Assembly: GCA_963977445.1 (NCBI GenBank)
Contig: CAXBPH010000003.1
Location: 6,529-70,528, forward strand
Length of the DNA stretch: 64,000 nucleotides
From: an uncultured bacterium
GTDB lineage: Bacteria > Hydrogenedentota > Hydrogenedentia > Hydrogenedentales > JAEUWI01
Reading direction: 5' to 3'
In this document: positions 19,623 through 29,417 of the stretch, piece after piece
Position numbering within the stretch: position 1 is the stretch's first letter
Layout: the number at the start of each line of letters is the position of its first letter
Notes under the pieces: model-generated
Told to the model about the DNA's origin: nothing
Database searches by the model: none
Seen by the model: only the letters and a program-made list of their open reading frames with translations
Translations under genes and position numbers: made by a program

Positions 19623-20060
19623 TCAGCGCATTCCCGGCTCAATGCTTGCTGCCGAGAAATCCTCCCCCGCAATAGGGAATCCACTTAATCGACTCAGCAT
19701 GGCGAGTTGTCCAACATGGGCAAGCATATCCGCTATTGGCCCCTGCAGGATGCGCCGGGCCCCATTTTCCGCAATATTCCGGTGGACCAATACATCGTCC
19801 AGCGCGGTTAACGTTTCCAAAAACCGTTCCACTTCCTGTGAAAATTCACACACCGTAGCGGTGTAGCCCTCGAAACGCTCTTCTTCGATATAGACTTGAG
19901 TGGCATGGGAGACTTCATACATATGGCGAACAATCTCACGGGGCGTTCTCGTACCCGAACCCGCAGAGAAATCTCCAAAATCTACGCCGGAGTTCTGCAG
20001 CACATTCTGAAATCGATACACTATTGTGGCAACACTATGCCGCAGAAATTCATTGTTCAC
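19623..20060 (-). CDS. DinB/YfiT-like (DUF664/DinB_2) four-helix-bundle protein
   Basis: 145 aa. C-terminal ADMLAHVGQLAML resembles the H-x-x-HRGQ end of DinB-family proteins. Confidence 0.45.
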   Translation of the reverse strand: MNNEFLRHSVATIVYRFQNVLQNSGVDFGDFSAGSGTRTPREIVRHMYEVSHATQVYIEEERFEGYTATVCEFSQEVERFLETLTALDDVLVHRNIAENGARRILQGPIADMLAHVGQLAMLSRLSGFPIAGEDFSAASIEPGMR

Positions 20061-20105
20061 TACTTCTCCTTACAACCTACACGCTGCCTATGCGAAAAGC
20101 CCGCC

Positions 20106-21560
20106 CTACTTCTTACTCGCCTCGAGCAAGGCACCCAGGGCATCGACTTTTTCTGGCATAGCAGACCAGAGATTTGTCGTCTCGCCAATATCGTCAGTCA
20201 GATTATAGAGTTGAACGCGGGGCGCGTCGGGACCCGGCGCGCTTTTTCCATTACTACTCCAACCACCACTGCCGGCGCTATCAATAAATTTCCAGGGCCC
20301 TTGACGCACCGCAAAAACACCGTCAATCGAGTGGTGAATCGTGTAGTCCCGCAACGCATCCGCCCCAGCCTTACCCTCCAACGCGGAGAGCATACTCACA
20401 CTGTCCGGGCCCGCTCCGTCAGGCAGGGGCGCACCCACGATGTCGGCTACGGTGGCGAGTAAATCGGTGAGGGTGGTCACTTCCGTTGATGCGCTGCCCG
20501 CCTTAACATGATCGGGCCACCGCACGAAGAAGGGCACGTGGTGTCCCCCTTCCCACACATCGGATTTTCGCCCACGAAAGATATAGTTGGGCCGATGATT
20601 AAATTGTTTGACCATAGCACCCGTCGGCATGGTAGAGCCGTTGTCGCTCGTAACAATCACGAGGGTGTTTTCGGCCAGCCCGGCTTCGTCGAGGGCATCC
20701 AGCACCGCGCCTACCGTATAGTCCACTTGCGCCGTAAAGTCACCGTACTCGCCCGCCTCACTCCAACCCTTGACGAAGGGAGCGGGTACTACCGGTGTGT
20801 GGGGCGCCGTCAGGGGAAAATAGAGGAAGAAGGGCTCTCCCGGGCTCATTTCTTTTCGTCCCGCAATGTAGGAGACCGCCTTTTCGGTGAGGGTAGGCAA
20901 CACATCGACTGTTTCGAAGCCCTCGGCCGTGAGGCCCGACCGGAAGGTGGTGTCCTTCACCTCCGTAGGCACCGCCGTGGCGCGATCATTCTCGATATAG
21001 ACGTAGGGCGGCATGTCTAAGGATGCGGAGATTCCGTAGAAATAATCGAAGCCCAGATTACGGGGTCCATGGGTCAGGGGCTGATCGAAGGCCACCTTTT
21101 CTCCCGTAAGTTTCATCTCATCGCTCAGGGACGAGCCATCTTTGGTCTGCCACCCCAATCCCAGGTGCCATTTACCAATACAGGCCGTGGCATAGCCCTG
21201 CCCCTTCAAAAAACCGGCCACTGTAAGCTCACCCTGGTCGATAAGGGGCGGCGAATAGCCCCAGAGCACCCCCGACTTCAGCCGGGTCCGCCAGGCGTAA
21301 CGCCCCGTCAACACACCATAGCGGGTAGGCGTGCAAACCGCCGACGGTGAATGGGCATCGGTGAAGGTCATCCCCGCTGCGGCCAGGCGATCCATATGGG
21401 GCGTGGGGATCTTGGACTCCGGATTCAGGCAACGGACATCGCCATAGCCGAGGTCATCCGCCAGGATATAAACGATGTTGGGCCGTTCTGCCGCACCTGC
21501 GATGCATGTCAGGGCCAACGTGAGACTGAGTACTGTTGTTCGTATCGTGTTCATCATCAA
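20106..21560 (-). CDS. Arylsulfatase (formylglycine-dependent sulfatase family), signal peptide
   Basis: PNIVYILADDLGYGD followed by the C-T-P-T-R FGly motif CTPTRYGVLTGRY. Confidence 0.85.
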   Translation of the reverse strand: MMMNTIRTTVLSLTLALTCIAGAAERPNIVYILADDLGYGDVRCLNPESKIPTPHMDRLAAAGMTFTDAHSPSAVCTPTRYGVLTGRYAWRTRLKSGVLWGYSPPLIDQGELTVAGFLKGQGYATACIGKWHLGLGWQTKDGSSLSDEMKLTGEKVAFDQPLTHGPRNLGFDYFYGISASLDMPPYVYIENDRATAVPTEVKDTTFRSGLTAEGFETVDVLPTLTEKAVSYIAGRKEMSPGEPFFLYFPLTAPHTPVVPAPFVKGWSEAGEYGDFTAQVDYTVGAVLDALDEAGLAENTLVIVTSDNGSTMPTGAMVKQFNHRPNYIFRGRKSDVWEGGHHVPFFVRWPDHVKAGSASTEVTTLTDLLATVADIVGAPLPDGAGPDSVSMLSALEGKAGADALRDYTIHHSIDGVFAVRQGPWKFIDSAGSGGWSSNGKSAPGPDAPRVQLYNLTDDIGETTNLWSAMPEKVDALGALLEASKK

Positions 21561-21641
21561 ACTTTCCCAGGGTACAATGTTCCGCCATTAATCTGCGGTT
21601 CTTACCGACGACGGTGACCACGAGGCTCACGCATCGGCAGG

Positions 21642-23105
21642 TCACGCACCATCCTTTCCGAGCAGTCGCTTTTCCCAATAGGCCACATGTTCGGCGGGCG
21701 TCGACTCCAGGGTCAACCCTCGGGATTCCAAGGCTTTTTTGTGACGCCCCCGGGCCTCCTCCATCCAATAGTCGGTTATTTCCTTCGATTCGGGGATGGC
21801 CCCCATGTCGCCCGTGCTTTCGCTCCAACCCTGGAGGGTTTCGCGGAGGTTTTTCAGTATTTCGCTGTGCGCGGCATCCCCTGCGATATTGTTCACCTCC
21901 CAGGGGTCGGCGCTCAGGTCATAGAGCTCTTCTTCGGGACGTGTCGTCGCCATGAAGGGCTTTTGGGCTTCCGTGAGCTTGCCTTCGGCCTGCCATTGCT
22001 CCAGGACCGATACGGCGGGGTACTGCTTCTTCTTGTAGGCATTAAATTGAAGGTAGGGACGGTCGGGAAAATAGTTTTTGATGTATTTGTACCGGTGGGT
22101 CCGCACACAGCGAATACGGTCCACGGTTTCATCACAGCGGTCCCGGGCACACACCACATACTCCCTGGGTGTGCCAGAGTCAATGGGCTGCCCCTGCAGA
22201 TGCGATGGTGGCGAGATGCCCGCCCACGTCATCATGGTGGGTGCCAAATCGATGAGCGAAACCAGCGACTCCGAAACCGTACCCCCATCTTCCCCCTGGG
22301 GTTTCCGAACAATCAGTGGTACGCGGATGCCCCCTTCATAAAGCCACTGTTTGCCGCGAACCTGGGGACGGCCATGGTCGCCGTGATAGACCACGATGGT
22401 ATTTTCCGCCAGCCCATCCTCTTCCAATCGCTTGAGAAGCACACCAATTTGTCCATCCAGCACTTGCAGCGATTCGAGATAATCAGCCCAATCCCGGCGC
22501 AACAATGGCGTGTCTGGATAATAGGGCGGCAGGGTTACCGCATCGGAATCAATGGGTTGAGCAGGGTCCCGTTTGAAATCCCGGTGGGTCAGGGAAAAAT
22601 TAAATTGGGCAAAGAAGGGCTGGCCCTCCTTGCGTTGCCGCCAGTCCGTTCCGTCGAAAGGTTGCTCTCTGGGTGAAAAGTTCCAGTCCGTTTTTCCTGG
22701 CTTTTCCGGATTTGTCCCATTGCCATTGCTCACAAAATAGCCCGCATCGCGAAAGTAGGACGTAATGACCGCTACGGGCTCGGGCAGGTGGTAATTGTCA
22801 TCCCGGTGGCTGCGATGGTTCTGAACGCCAATGCTCGTCTGATACATGCCCGTCATCATGGCCGATCGGGCCGGTGAGCAAACGGGACAGGTGGCAAAGG
22901 CGTTGTCATAGCGAACGCCCTCCGCCGCAAGTGCATCAAGATGGGGCGTTTTTACGAGGGGATCGCCATAACATGCGATATCGGGCGAGGTATCTTCAGA
23001 GATTATCCAAAGAATATTGGGACGTGTCGCCGAGGCCGCGTGATGGCAATAGGCGTAGCCCAGTGCGGCCGTTCCTGCGGCGGCGAGGAAGGTTCTTCGT
23101 TTCAT
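21642..23105 (-). CDS. Sulfatase, TAT signal
   Basis: MKRRTFLAAAGTAALG TAT signal and the CSPARSAMMTGMY FGly motif. ORF track starts at TTG 23117; ATG at 23105 has GGAG 7 nt upstream. Confidence 0.85.
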   Translation of the reverse strand: MKRRTFLAAAGTAALGYAYCHHAASATRPNILWIISEDTSPDIACYGDPLVKTPHLDALAAEGVRYDNAFATCPVCSPARSAMMTGMYQTSIGVQNHRSHRDDNYHLPEPVAVITSYFRDAGYFVSNGNGTNPEKPGKTDWNFSPREQPFDGTDWRQRKEGQPFFAQFNFSLTHRDFKRDPAQPIDSDAVTLPPYYPDTPLLRRDWADYLESLQVLDGQIGVLLKRLEEDGLAENTIVVYHGDHGRPQVRGKQWLYEGGIRVPLIVRKPQGEDGGTVSESLVSLIDLAPTMMTWAGISPPSHLQGQPIDSGTPREYVVCARDRCDETVDRIRCVRTHRYKYIKNYFPDRPYLQFNAYKKKQYPAVSVLEQWQAEGKLTEAQKPFMATTRPEEELYDLSADPWEVNNIAGDAAHSEILKNLRETLQGWSESTGDMGAIPESKEITDYWMEEARGRHKKALESRGLTLESTPAEHVAYWEKRLLGKDGA

Positions 23106-23304
23106 GGATCGCTCCAAAATAAGCGTTGGTGGAAGGCTGTACTATAGCGATATACGGAAAGATCTACAAGATCTCGGGGTATGTCCAGCGGTCCCCTCGG
23201 CAACCGTCTGCGTCGACGGCGGGTCGACCTGGACCTTGAAGACCACCGCCGTCCTCGTCAATACTCTATCCAGTTTCAATCACCACCAACACAAAGGACG
23301 CCAC

Positions 23305-24735
23305 ATGAACTGTCCAGCATTCCTTCGGGGCGCACTGGTCCTCTGCACGCTATTCGCCATGGCTGCCAATGCCGCAGACCAGCCCAATATCCTATTCCTC
23401 TTCGCTGATGACCAGACCTACGCGTCGATTCACGCGATGGGCAATGAGGAAATCCAGACGCCCAACCTGGATCGCCTGGTGAAGGAAGGCACGACCTTTA
23501 CCCATGCCTACAATCAGGGGGGATGGCACGGTGCCGTATGTGTGGCCAGCCGGACTATGTTGAATACGGGCCGATTTCTCTGGCACGCACGGGACCGGGA
23601 GGACCATCTCGCAGAAGAACAGGCCCAGCGCAATTTCTGGCCCCAACTCCTCCACGACGGGGGCTACGACACCTATATGTCGGGGAAGTGGCATGTAAAG
23701 GGCATCGATCCCGTCAACGTCTTCGACCATGTCCGCCATGTCCGCGCGGGGATGCCTCGTGACAACTATGGCACGACGAAACTCGGTTACAATCGTCCTC
23801 TGGAGCAGGAGGAAGACCTGTGGAAACCCTGGGACACCTCCCAGGGCGGTTATTGGGCCGGTGGCAAACATTGGAGTGAAGTTCTCGGCGACGATGGCGT
23901 AGACTTTCTCAATCAGGCGTCAAAAGAGGAAAAGCCCTTCTTCATGTATCTGGCCTTTAACGCCCCCCACGATCCGAGGCAGTCGCCAAAGGAATATGTG
24001 GACCGGTATCCGCTGGAGGGTATCGCCGTTCCTGAGAATTTTATTCCCCGCCATCCCAACGATGTGGCCATGGGCTGTGGTCCCGGCTTGCGCGACGAAG
24101 ACCTGGCACCCTTTCCACGCACCCCGCAGGCGGTCAAAGTCCATCGTCAGGAATACTACGCCATTATCACCCACATGGACGCCCAGATTGGCCGCATTCT
24201 TGACGCGTTGACGCAGAGTGGAAAGGCGGACAACACCTACATCGTTTTTACCGCCGATCACGGACTGGCGGCCGGGAACCACGGCCTGCTGGGCAAGCAG
24301 AACATGTATGACCACAGTGTACGCGTACCCCTCACCCTGGTGGGTCCAGGCATCGCCGCCGACCAACGCATCAACACGCCCATCTACCTGCAGGACGTCA
24401 TGCCCACAAGTCTCCAGTGGGCGGGTCTGAATATTCCCGAACAAGTGGAATTCAAGCCCCTCACTCCGCTCCTCAACGAGGGCCAGCAAAGCCATTATGA
24501 CGCCATCTACGGGGCTTATATGGAACGTCAACGAATGGTGACGCAAGATGGATTCAAATTGATTTACTACCCGAAGAGCGACACAACCCTGCTCTTCGAC
24601 CTCGTAAAGGACCCCCAGGAGATGAATAATCTGTCGGAAAACAGCGCCTATCAAGGGAAAAAGGAAACACTCTGGGCAGCCCTTGCAAAGGAACAGACAC
24701 GGGTAGGTGATTCATTGAAGCTCGCGGCGAAGTAA
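23305..24735 (+). CDS. Sulfatase with a variant C-V-A-S-R motif (Ala at the usual Pro position)
   Basis: Signal peptide MNCPAFLRGALVLCTLFAMAANA, then QPNILFLFADDQ and AVCVASRTMLNTGRF. ORF track starts at 23104; the real start is the ATG at 23305 with AAAGGA RBS. Confidence 0.8.
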   Translation: MNCPAFLRGALVLCTLFAMAANAADQPNILFLFADDQTYASIHAMGNEEIQTPNLDRLVKEGTTFTHAYNQGGWHGAVCVASRTMLNTGRFLWHARDREDHLAEEQAQRNFWPQLLHDGGYDTYMSGKWHVKGIDPVNVFDHVRHVRAGMPRDNYGTTKLGYNRPLEQEEDLWKPWDTSQGGYWAGGKHWSEVLGDDGVDFLNQASKEEKPFFMYLAFNAPHDPRQSPKEYVDRYPLEGIAVPENFIPRHPNDVAMGCGPGLRDEDLAPFPRTPQAVKVHRQEYYAIITHMDAQIGRILDALTQSGKADNTYIVFTADHGLAAGNHGLLGKQNMYDHSVRVPLTLVGPGIAADQRINTPIYLQDVMPTSLQWAGLNIPEQVEFKPLTPLLNEGQQSHYDAIYGAYMERQRMVTQDGFKLIYYPKSDTTLLFDLVKDPQEMNNLSENSAYQGKKETLWAALAKEQTRVGDSLKLAAK

Positions 24736-24815
24736 GGTTTCAGCCCCGATCAATAGTCTGCACAGAGTTAAAAGCCAGAAATGCATCGGCGAAGTAATCG
24801 ATGAGTTCAAAGGCC

Positions 24816-24944
24816 AACGTCTGGGTGGCACGGACAAGTCCGCAAGACTTGCCCGTGGGATAGCACCCACATCGGTGTCTCCCTCGGACAACGTCGGGGT
24901 GGCACGGACAAGTCTGCAAGACTTGCCCGTGGGGTAGCACCCAT
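24816..24944. repeat. Two copies (period 73 bp) of a ~57-bp hairpin-forming element CAACGTC-GGGTGGCACGGACAAGTC-YGCAA-GACTTGCCCGTGGG-RTAGCACCC in a convergent intergenic gap
   Basis: Direct repeat seen at 24816-24870 and 24889-24944. Each copy has internal dyad symmetry (CACGGACAAGTC / GACTTGCCCGTG). Confidence 0.5.
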
Positions 24945-25022
24945 GTCGAGGCCTCCATCTAGAAACAAAAAATCGAGAGCGAACCAAGTCCGCTCCCGAA
25001 TTTATTTCGCAGGCTTTAGTAC

Positions 25023-25691
25023 CTACTTAAGCTCTTTAATCTTGATGTTCTTCCACATGACCGAATAGGGGCCCGTGCCACCTTTGATCCCATGGACCTG
25101 AAGGCCGATAAAACCGGTAGGATGGCTCTTGGCCTTCTCTTCGTCGACCAGGTCTTCTATGGCTTCGCCGTTGATCCAGGTCTGGATGCGTGCACCCTTG
25201 GCCACAATCTTGTAGTGATTCCACTCGCCATCTTTGAAGGCTTTGCTGCGCTTGGCTTCCGCATCGGGGGACATCCATCCACCACAGGCCTCGCCGTAGA
25301 TATAGCCGGACTGGGCACCTTCGGCACCGGCCGCTTCGATCTCAACCTGCGGACCGTTAACGCGACCATACTTCGCGTCGCCTTCGGGAGCCGCGGTGGT
25401 CGAGCGAATCTGGATGCCGGAGTTGAGCTCATTGTCCATCAACATCACGTCGACTTCCAGCTCAAAATCGCCGTAGTCTTTGTCGCTGCACAAGAAGGAG
25501 TTCGGGCTACCTTCTGCCGTCGTGCCCACAATGGCACCGTCTTTTACTTCATAGGAAGCGGTGCCATTTTTCTGGGTCCACCCGCTGAGGGTCTTTCCGT
25601 CAAAAATGGATACCGCGTCATCGGCCGCCATGACAGACAGGGGCAGAGCGAGCAGGCCAAGTGCGGCCACGGCGATAGTTTTCTTCATCAT
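25023..25691 (-). CDS. DUF1080 (3-keto-disaccharide hydrolase-like, LamG/GH16-like jelly roll) secreted protein
   Basis: Signal peptide MMKKTIAVAALGLLALPLSVMA. C-terminal GFIGLQVHG...VMWKNIKIKEL is typical of DUF1080. AGGAGAAAAGT RBS before the ATG at 25691. Confidence 0.75.
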   Translation of the reverse strand: MMKKTIAVAALGLLALPLSVMAADDAVSIFDGKTLSGWTQKNGTASYEVKDGAIVGTTAEGSPNSFLCSDKDYGDFELEVDVMLMDNELNSGIQIRSTTAAPEGDAKYGRVNGPQVEIEAAGAEGAQSGYIYGEACGGWMSPDAEAKRSKAFKDGEWNHYKIVAKGARIQTWINGEAIEDLVDEEKAKSHPTGFIGLQVHGIKGGTGPYSVMWKNIKIKELK

Positions 25692-25820
25692 ACTTTTCTC
25701 CTGAGTTCGAGGGGGAGTTGCCGCACACCCGCGAAAGAAAACCCAGGGCGGGGAAGGCAGCAACGGTGAATCCGTGCAATTTAATCAGATAAATGCTTTT
25801 CGATCAAGAACGAAGTCAAT

Positions 25821-28235
25821 TTAGTCAACGGACCAATCGGCCGCCTGGACCAGTTTCCAGTCCGTACCGCCCGATGAACTCGTCATCAGGGCACGACGGG
25901 TCTCCCGTCGATCCGTCCGATAGAACCAATAAGTAGGCCAATAATCGTAGGAGAGAAAGAGACTACCCTTACGATCAATAGTTAGACGATGGTAGAAGAC
26001 ACTATATTCAGAAAAAGCAGAAACCACGAGGGGGCGGGGCGCAGACCAGGGCTCTCCGGGCTTCTTTTCCATATAGGAAAGGCTCGCATACAGGCTCGCA
26101 GGAAAGTACGTCGTGTCTGAATTCCAGAGCCGAAACACCACGTGGAGGGTGTCGTCGGGACCACAAACGAACCCCACGTAGGTCTGGCGCAAGTCGGCCC
26201 CGAGGGGCTCGGGCTCCGTCCAGCCGCTGCCGGCATCGTTGGGCGCAAGGGAGCGGGCATAGAGAAAAGTGCTGCCGTGGGTGCCCACCAGAACGTGGAG
26301 GTAGCCCTGGCTGTCCATCGTGATGCTGGGCGTATTGTGGACGTCGTTGGCGGGCGGCCCATAGCCGACCAGGGCGGGCTCGGACAAGATACCGCTATCC
26401 CGGTCATAGGTCGCCACGTAGGTCGGCACCCCCGGCACCGTAACCGCCGGCTCGGTGGCCTCCCCCCAGGTTACGTGCACCTTGGAACCCCGCGACGCAA
26501 TCGTGGAGGGAATGCCCGAGTGGCTGGAGATCCCGATACACGATTCGGAGAGGCGTATGGGCTCACCAAGACTAAGCGTACCATCGGCATTTTTCGTGGG
26601 CACAAACAGGTCGAGATCATGGACACGACGCCATTTCAATTTGGGATCCACTTGGGTCCGCGTATACCGGACAATCGGCGGTGGACCATCCGGACGGTTA
26701 TGTCCCGAAAATTGCTCCAACTCAATGGCACCCTTACCGGGAACGGCGGTGGACGAAAAAGTCTTCCCGCCATCTTGGGAATGCTCTAAGGCGACGTTGC
26801 CGTCCGATGTGGCCAGCATGTAGATGTCGTTCTCACCGTCAAAGGCAATCTTGCTGTTCACGACCTTCCCGACAGACGTCTCGTTCCACTCACCATCACG
26901 TTGGGTAAATATGCCGTTTTCAGACAAAATGAACGGACGATTATCGTTGTCAAAGTAGACTTCTTCGGTGACGGGATAGTCGGGCGCATAACCGAACTGT
27001 GCGTTCTCATGGCGATAGGGCTGGAGCACCAGGGGCAAATCCAAGGGGGCGTTCACCGCATCCAGCCCCGGTATCACGCGCAACGTCGACCACGTGGTAA
27101 AACCCGACGGCGTGGTGGCGCGAAGATGTACCTGGCCTTCAACGTCCGCCCCGACAAAGCGCACCCTCACCGAAGCGGACCTACCCGGCCCCATCGTCAC
27201 CGTATCCGCCGACAGGGAACAGTCCAACGATTGTCCGTCCGGGAATACCAGATCCAACGCGACTTCCTTGGATGCCGGCCCGTTGTTGTGTAACTCGAAT
27301 TGGACTTCACCGGATTCGCCCGCCGCCACATTTCTTCGCTGGGTGTAGGGCGTGAGGAGCCAGCGATTCTCATAGAAAGGAAACCAGGTCGACGCCCGTG
27401 GGGACCAGAGAGAAAGATCACGAAATTCTCCATCCCATCGGGTCACCCCGTCGATGTTTATTGTACCCTGCGCCTTGGAGAAGCTAAGTTGCCAGGGCAC
27501 ATTCTCCCGTTGCTCCGATGGGGCGACGGTGTACTGTCCTTTTCCATCCGTCCCCACCGGTATCACCGCAATAACACCCCCGACAGCGTCGAGCAGTTGG
27601 AGTTCCGCCCCCGTAAAACCCGCCACATCCAGGGTCAACGCTTCGTTGCGTGGCACAAAACATACCGCCCCAGGCTGGTCTCCCCCGTGCAACACCAGCG
27701 GCTCCTGGTGGCGCTCATCTTTGTGTCCCCGCGACGTCTCCACGAGATAGCGGGGGCTATTGGTGCGGATGCCCCAGACCATATCCTGACCATAGCGATC
27801 TTCTGACGCCGTGATATTAACGCCATAGACGCCCTTGAGGGGGACGTCGACTGAAAAGCGATGGCGCTGAACGGATGCCGCGCCACTTCCCTTTTCCTGT
27901 CCCTGAAAGGGGAGATAGGTTTCGGCAAGAACAGCACGATCGGGCCCGAAAAATATCGCGCGCACGTGGGTCTTACGGCCAATACGGTTCAGGTCCTGCT
28001 TCTCTACCTCAATCCAGAGTTCCCCCGGCTCCGCAAGCACATAAACACCGCCGCAACCTTCGATACGGAAATCGCTGCTCCAATCAAGGTCCTCGCCATG
28101 GGCCGCTGGGGATAACAATCCGCCTATCACGGTCAACAGGAGCACCAGACTCGGAAAAAAACCCGCGCCAATCCCCTTGCAAAAAAAGGCCTCGTGCAAA
28201 CAACGATTTCTCTGGGTACTTCTGGACATCTTCAT
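25821..28235 (-). CDS. Secreted BNR/Asp-box repeat beta-propeller protein (sialidase/glycosidase-like)
   Basis: Signal peptide, then SxDxGxT(W/F) Asp-box motifs (SQDGGKTF, SSGGTDWK). 804 aa. Confidence 0.55.
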   Translation of the reverse strand: MKMSRSTQRNRCLHEAFFCKGIGAGFFPSLVLLLTVIGGLLSPAAHGEDLDWSSDFRIEGCGGVYVLAEPGELWIEVEKQDLNRIGRKTHVRAIFFGPDRAVLAETYLPFQGQEKGSGAASVQRHRFSVDVPLKGVYGVNITASEDRYGQDMVWGIRTNSPRYLVETSRGHKDERHQEPLVLHGGDQPGAVCFVPRNEALTLDVAGFTGAELQLLDAVGGVIAVIPVGTDGKGQYTVAPSEQRENVPWQLSFSKAQGTINIDGVTRWDGEFRDLSLWSPRASTWFPFYENRWLLTPYTQRRNVAAGESGEVQFELHNNGPASKEVALDLVFPDGQSLDCSLSADTVTMGPGRSASVRVRFVGADVEGQVHLRATTPSGFTTWSTLRVIPGLDAVNAPLDLPLVLQPYRHENAQFGYAPDYPVTEEVYFDNDNRPFILSENGIFTQRDGEWNETSVGKVVNSKIAFDGENDIYMLATSDGNVALEHSQDGGKTFSSTAVPGKGAIELEQFSGHNRPDGPPPIVRYTRTQVDPKLKWRRVHDLDLFVPTKNADGTLSLGEPIRLSESCIGISSHSGIPSTIASRGSKVHVTWGEATEPAVTVPGVPTYVATYDRDSGILSEPALVGYGPPANDVHNTPSITMDSQGYLHVLVGTHGSTFLYARSLAPNDAGSGWTEPEPLGADLRQTYVGFVCGPDDTLHVVFRLWNSDTTYFPASLYASLSYMEKKPGEPWSAPRPLVVSAFSEYSVFYHRLTIDRKGSLFLSYDYWPTYWFYRTDRRETRRALMTSSSGGTDWKLVQAADWSVD

Positions 28236-28280
28236 TCGCTTCCATTCGTTTTCAGGTGAGTCAGTTGATGTAATGTTATT

Positions 28281-29054
28281 TCATCGCGTATATCGCCCAT
28301 TGAAGGCGTGATGAATCGATTTGTCGTGATAGGGATCCGAAGGGTCAGCCAGGTCATCAGGCGTATAACCGGATAAGATACACCCTATCGTAACGTGACG
28401 CTCATCGGGGGCCGTGGTGAACGTGGCACGCCAGGTGCGATACGCGATTTCCCACGTCCCTTCCCCAAGGTCGCGCAAGCGCTTGCGCTTTCCATTGAGC
28501 GGCTCATCGCCCAGTTGCTGGTGCAAGAAACCAGCCACGCCTTCGACACCGTGTGCGCCGAGCCATTCCAGTTGCTCCGTAGCGAACGTCGACAGGGTAA
28601 CCTTCCATGCTTCACCCTGCAGCGCATCGGTCCAACCACCATTCGCCTCGGGAAAACAATCCGCATAGGGGATATAGGGTTTGATATCGAGAATCGGTGT
28701 GCCATCGAGGAGATCGTGTCCCGCGACTTCGATACGTCGGCCCGACACACGGACAAGTTGGACACAGGACATGCCGATGGCGTTGGGGCGATAGGGTGCC
28801 CGCGAGGCAAATACCCCCACTTTCTTGTCACCCCGGGGCGGCTGAACGCGGGGCTTCCAGTGGCTATTCTTGTGAAATTGGAAGATCAGCCAGATGTGAG
28901 AAAAACCGTCCAGGTCTTGTAGCGCCTGCTCGAAATTGTGTCCCCCATCGAGCTCAACGACCCCGGTGCTTTCTTCCGCGAGCACCCCTTGACGGGGCGC
29001 GTCGTAGGTATATTTTTCATTGCAGCGAAACAGGCCGATGGGAATAATTTCCAC
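28281..29054 (-). CDS. trmO: tRNA (adenine37-N6)-methyltransferase TrmO (TsaA/YaeB family)
   Basis: YRPNAIGMSCVQLVRV...LDGTPILDIKPYIPY is the TsaA/YaeB signature. Confidence 0.8.
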   Translation of the reverse strand: MEIIPIGLFRCNEKYTYDAPRQGVLAEESTGVVELDGGHNFEQALQDLDGFSHIWLIFQFHKNSHWKPRVQPPRGDKKVGVFASRAPYRPNAIGMSCVQLVRVSGRRIEVAGHDLLDGTPILDIKPYIPYADCFPEANGGWTDALQGEAWKVTLSTFATEQLEWLGAHGVEGVAGFLHQQLGDEPLNGKRKRLRDLGEGTWEIAYRTWRATFTTAPDERHVTIGCILSGYTPDDLADPSDPYHDKSIHHAFNGRYTR

Positions 29055-29417
29055 GAGAATTCTCTATCGTGTGTCTGGTGTAGCGGGGTTCAATACGGGT
29101 ATCCACCCGACCAACCCGTTACGGATTCGAAAGGACAGGGTAAGCGAGAATCCGTACTATACCATACGCCCCCGTGCGGTCCCATCAGTGTCCCGCGAAC
29201 GGAATGGTTCGGACTTTCAGCCCCAATCGTATCTTGAAAACCTTGTTCCTGGTGCACCACGGGTGCCACCCTCAAACGGAGGAGTGAAGCGGAGGAAGTT
29301 TGAGGGTGAGGAGGTGTCAGCCAAGGAGAGTCCTACCAACGCCAAAACAAACTGAACCTATCAACCGTTCCGCACGTCCATGGCTTGTCGTTGCCCGTGA
29401 TGGGGAGAATGACGCAT

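Noticed and set aside
21687-22676. 329-aa plus-strand ORF
   Set aside because: Antisense to the sulfatase gene at 21642..23105.
23920-24654. 244-aa minus-strand ORF
   Set aside because: Antisense to the sulfatase gene at 23305..24735.
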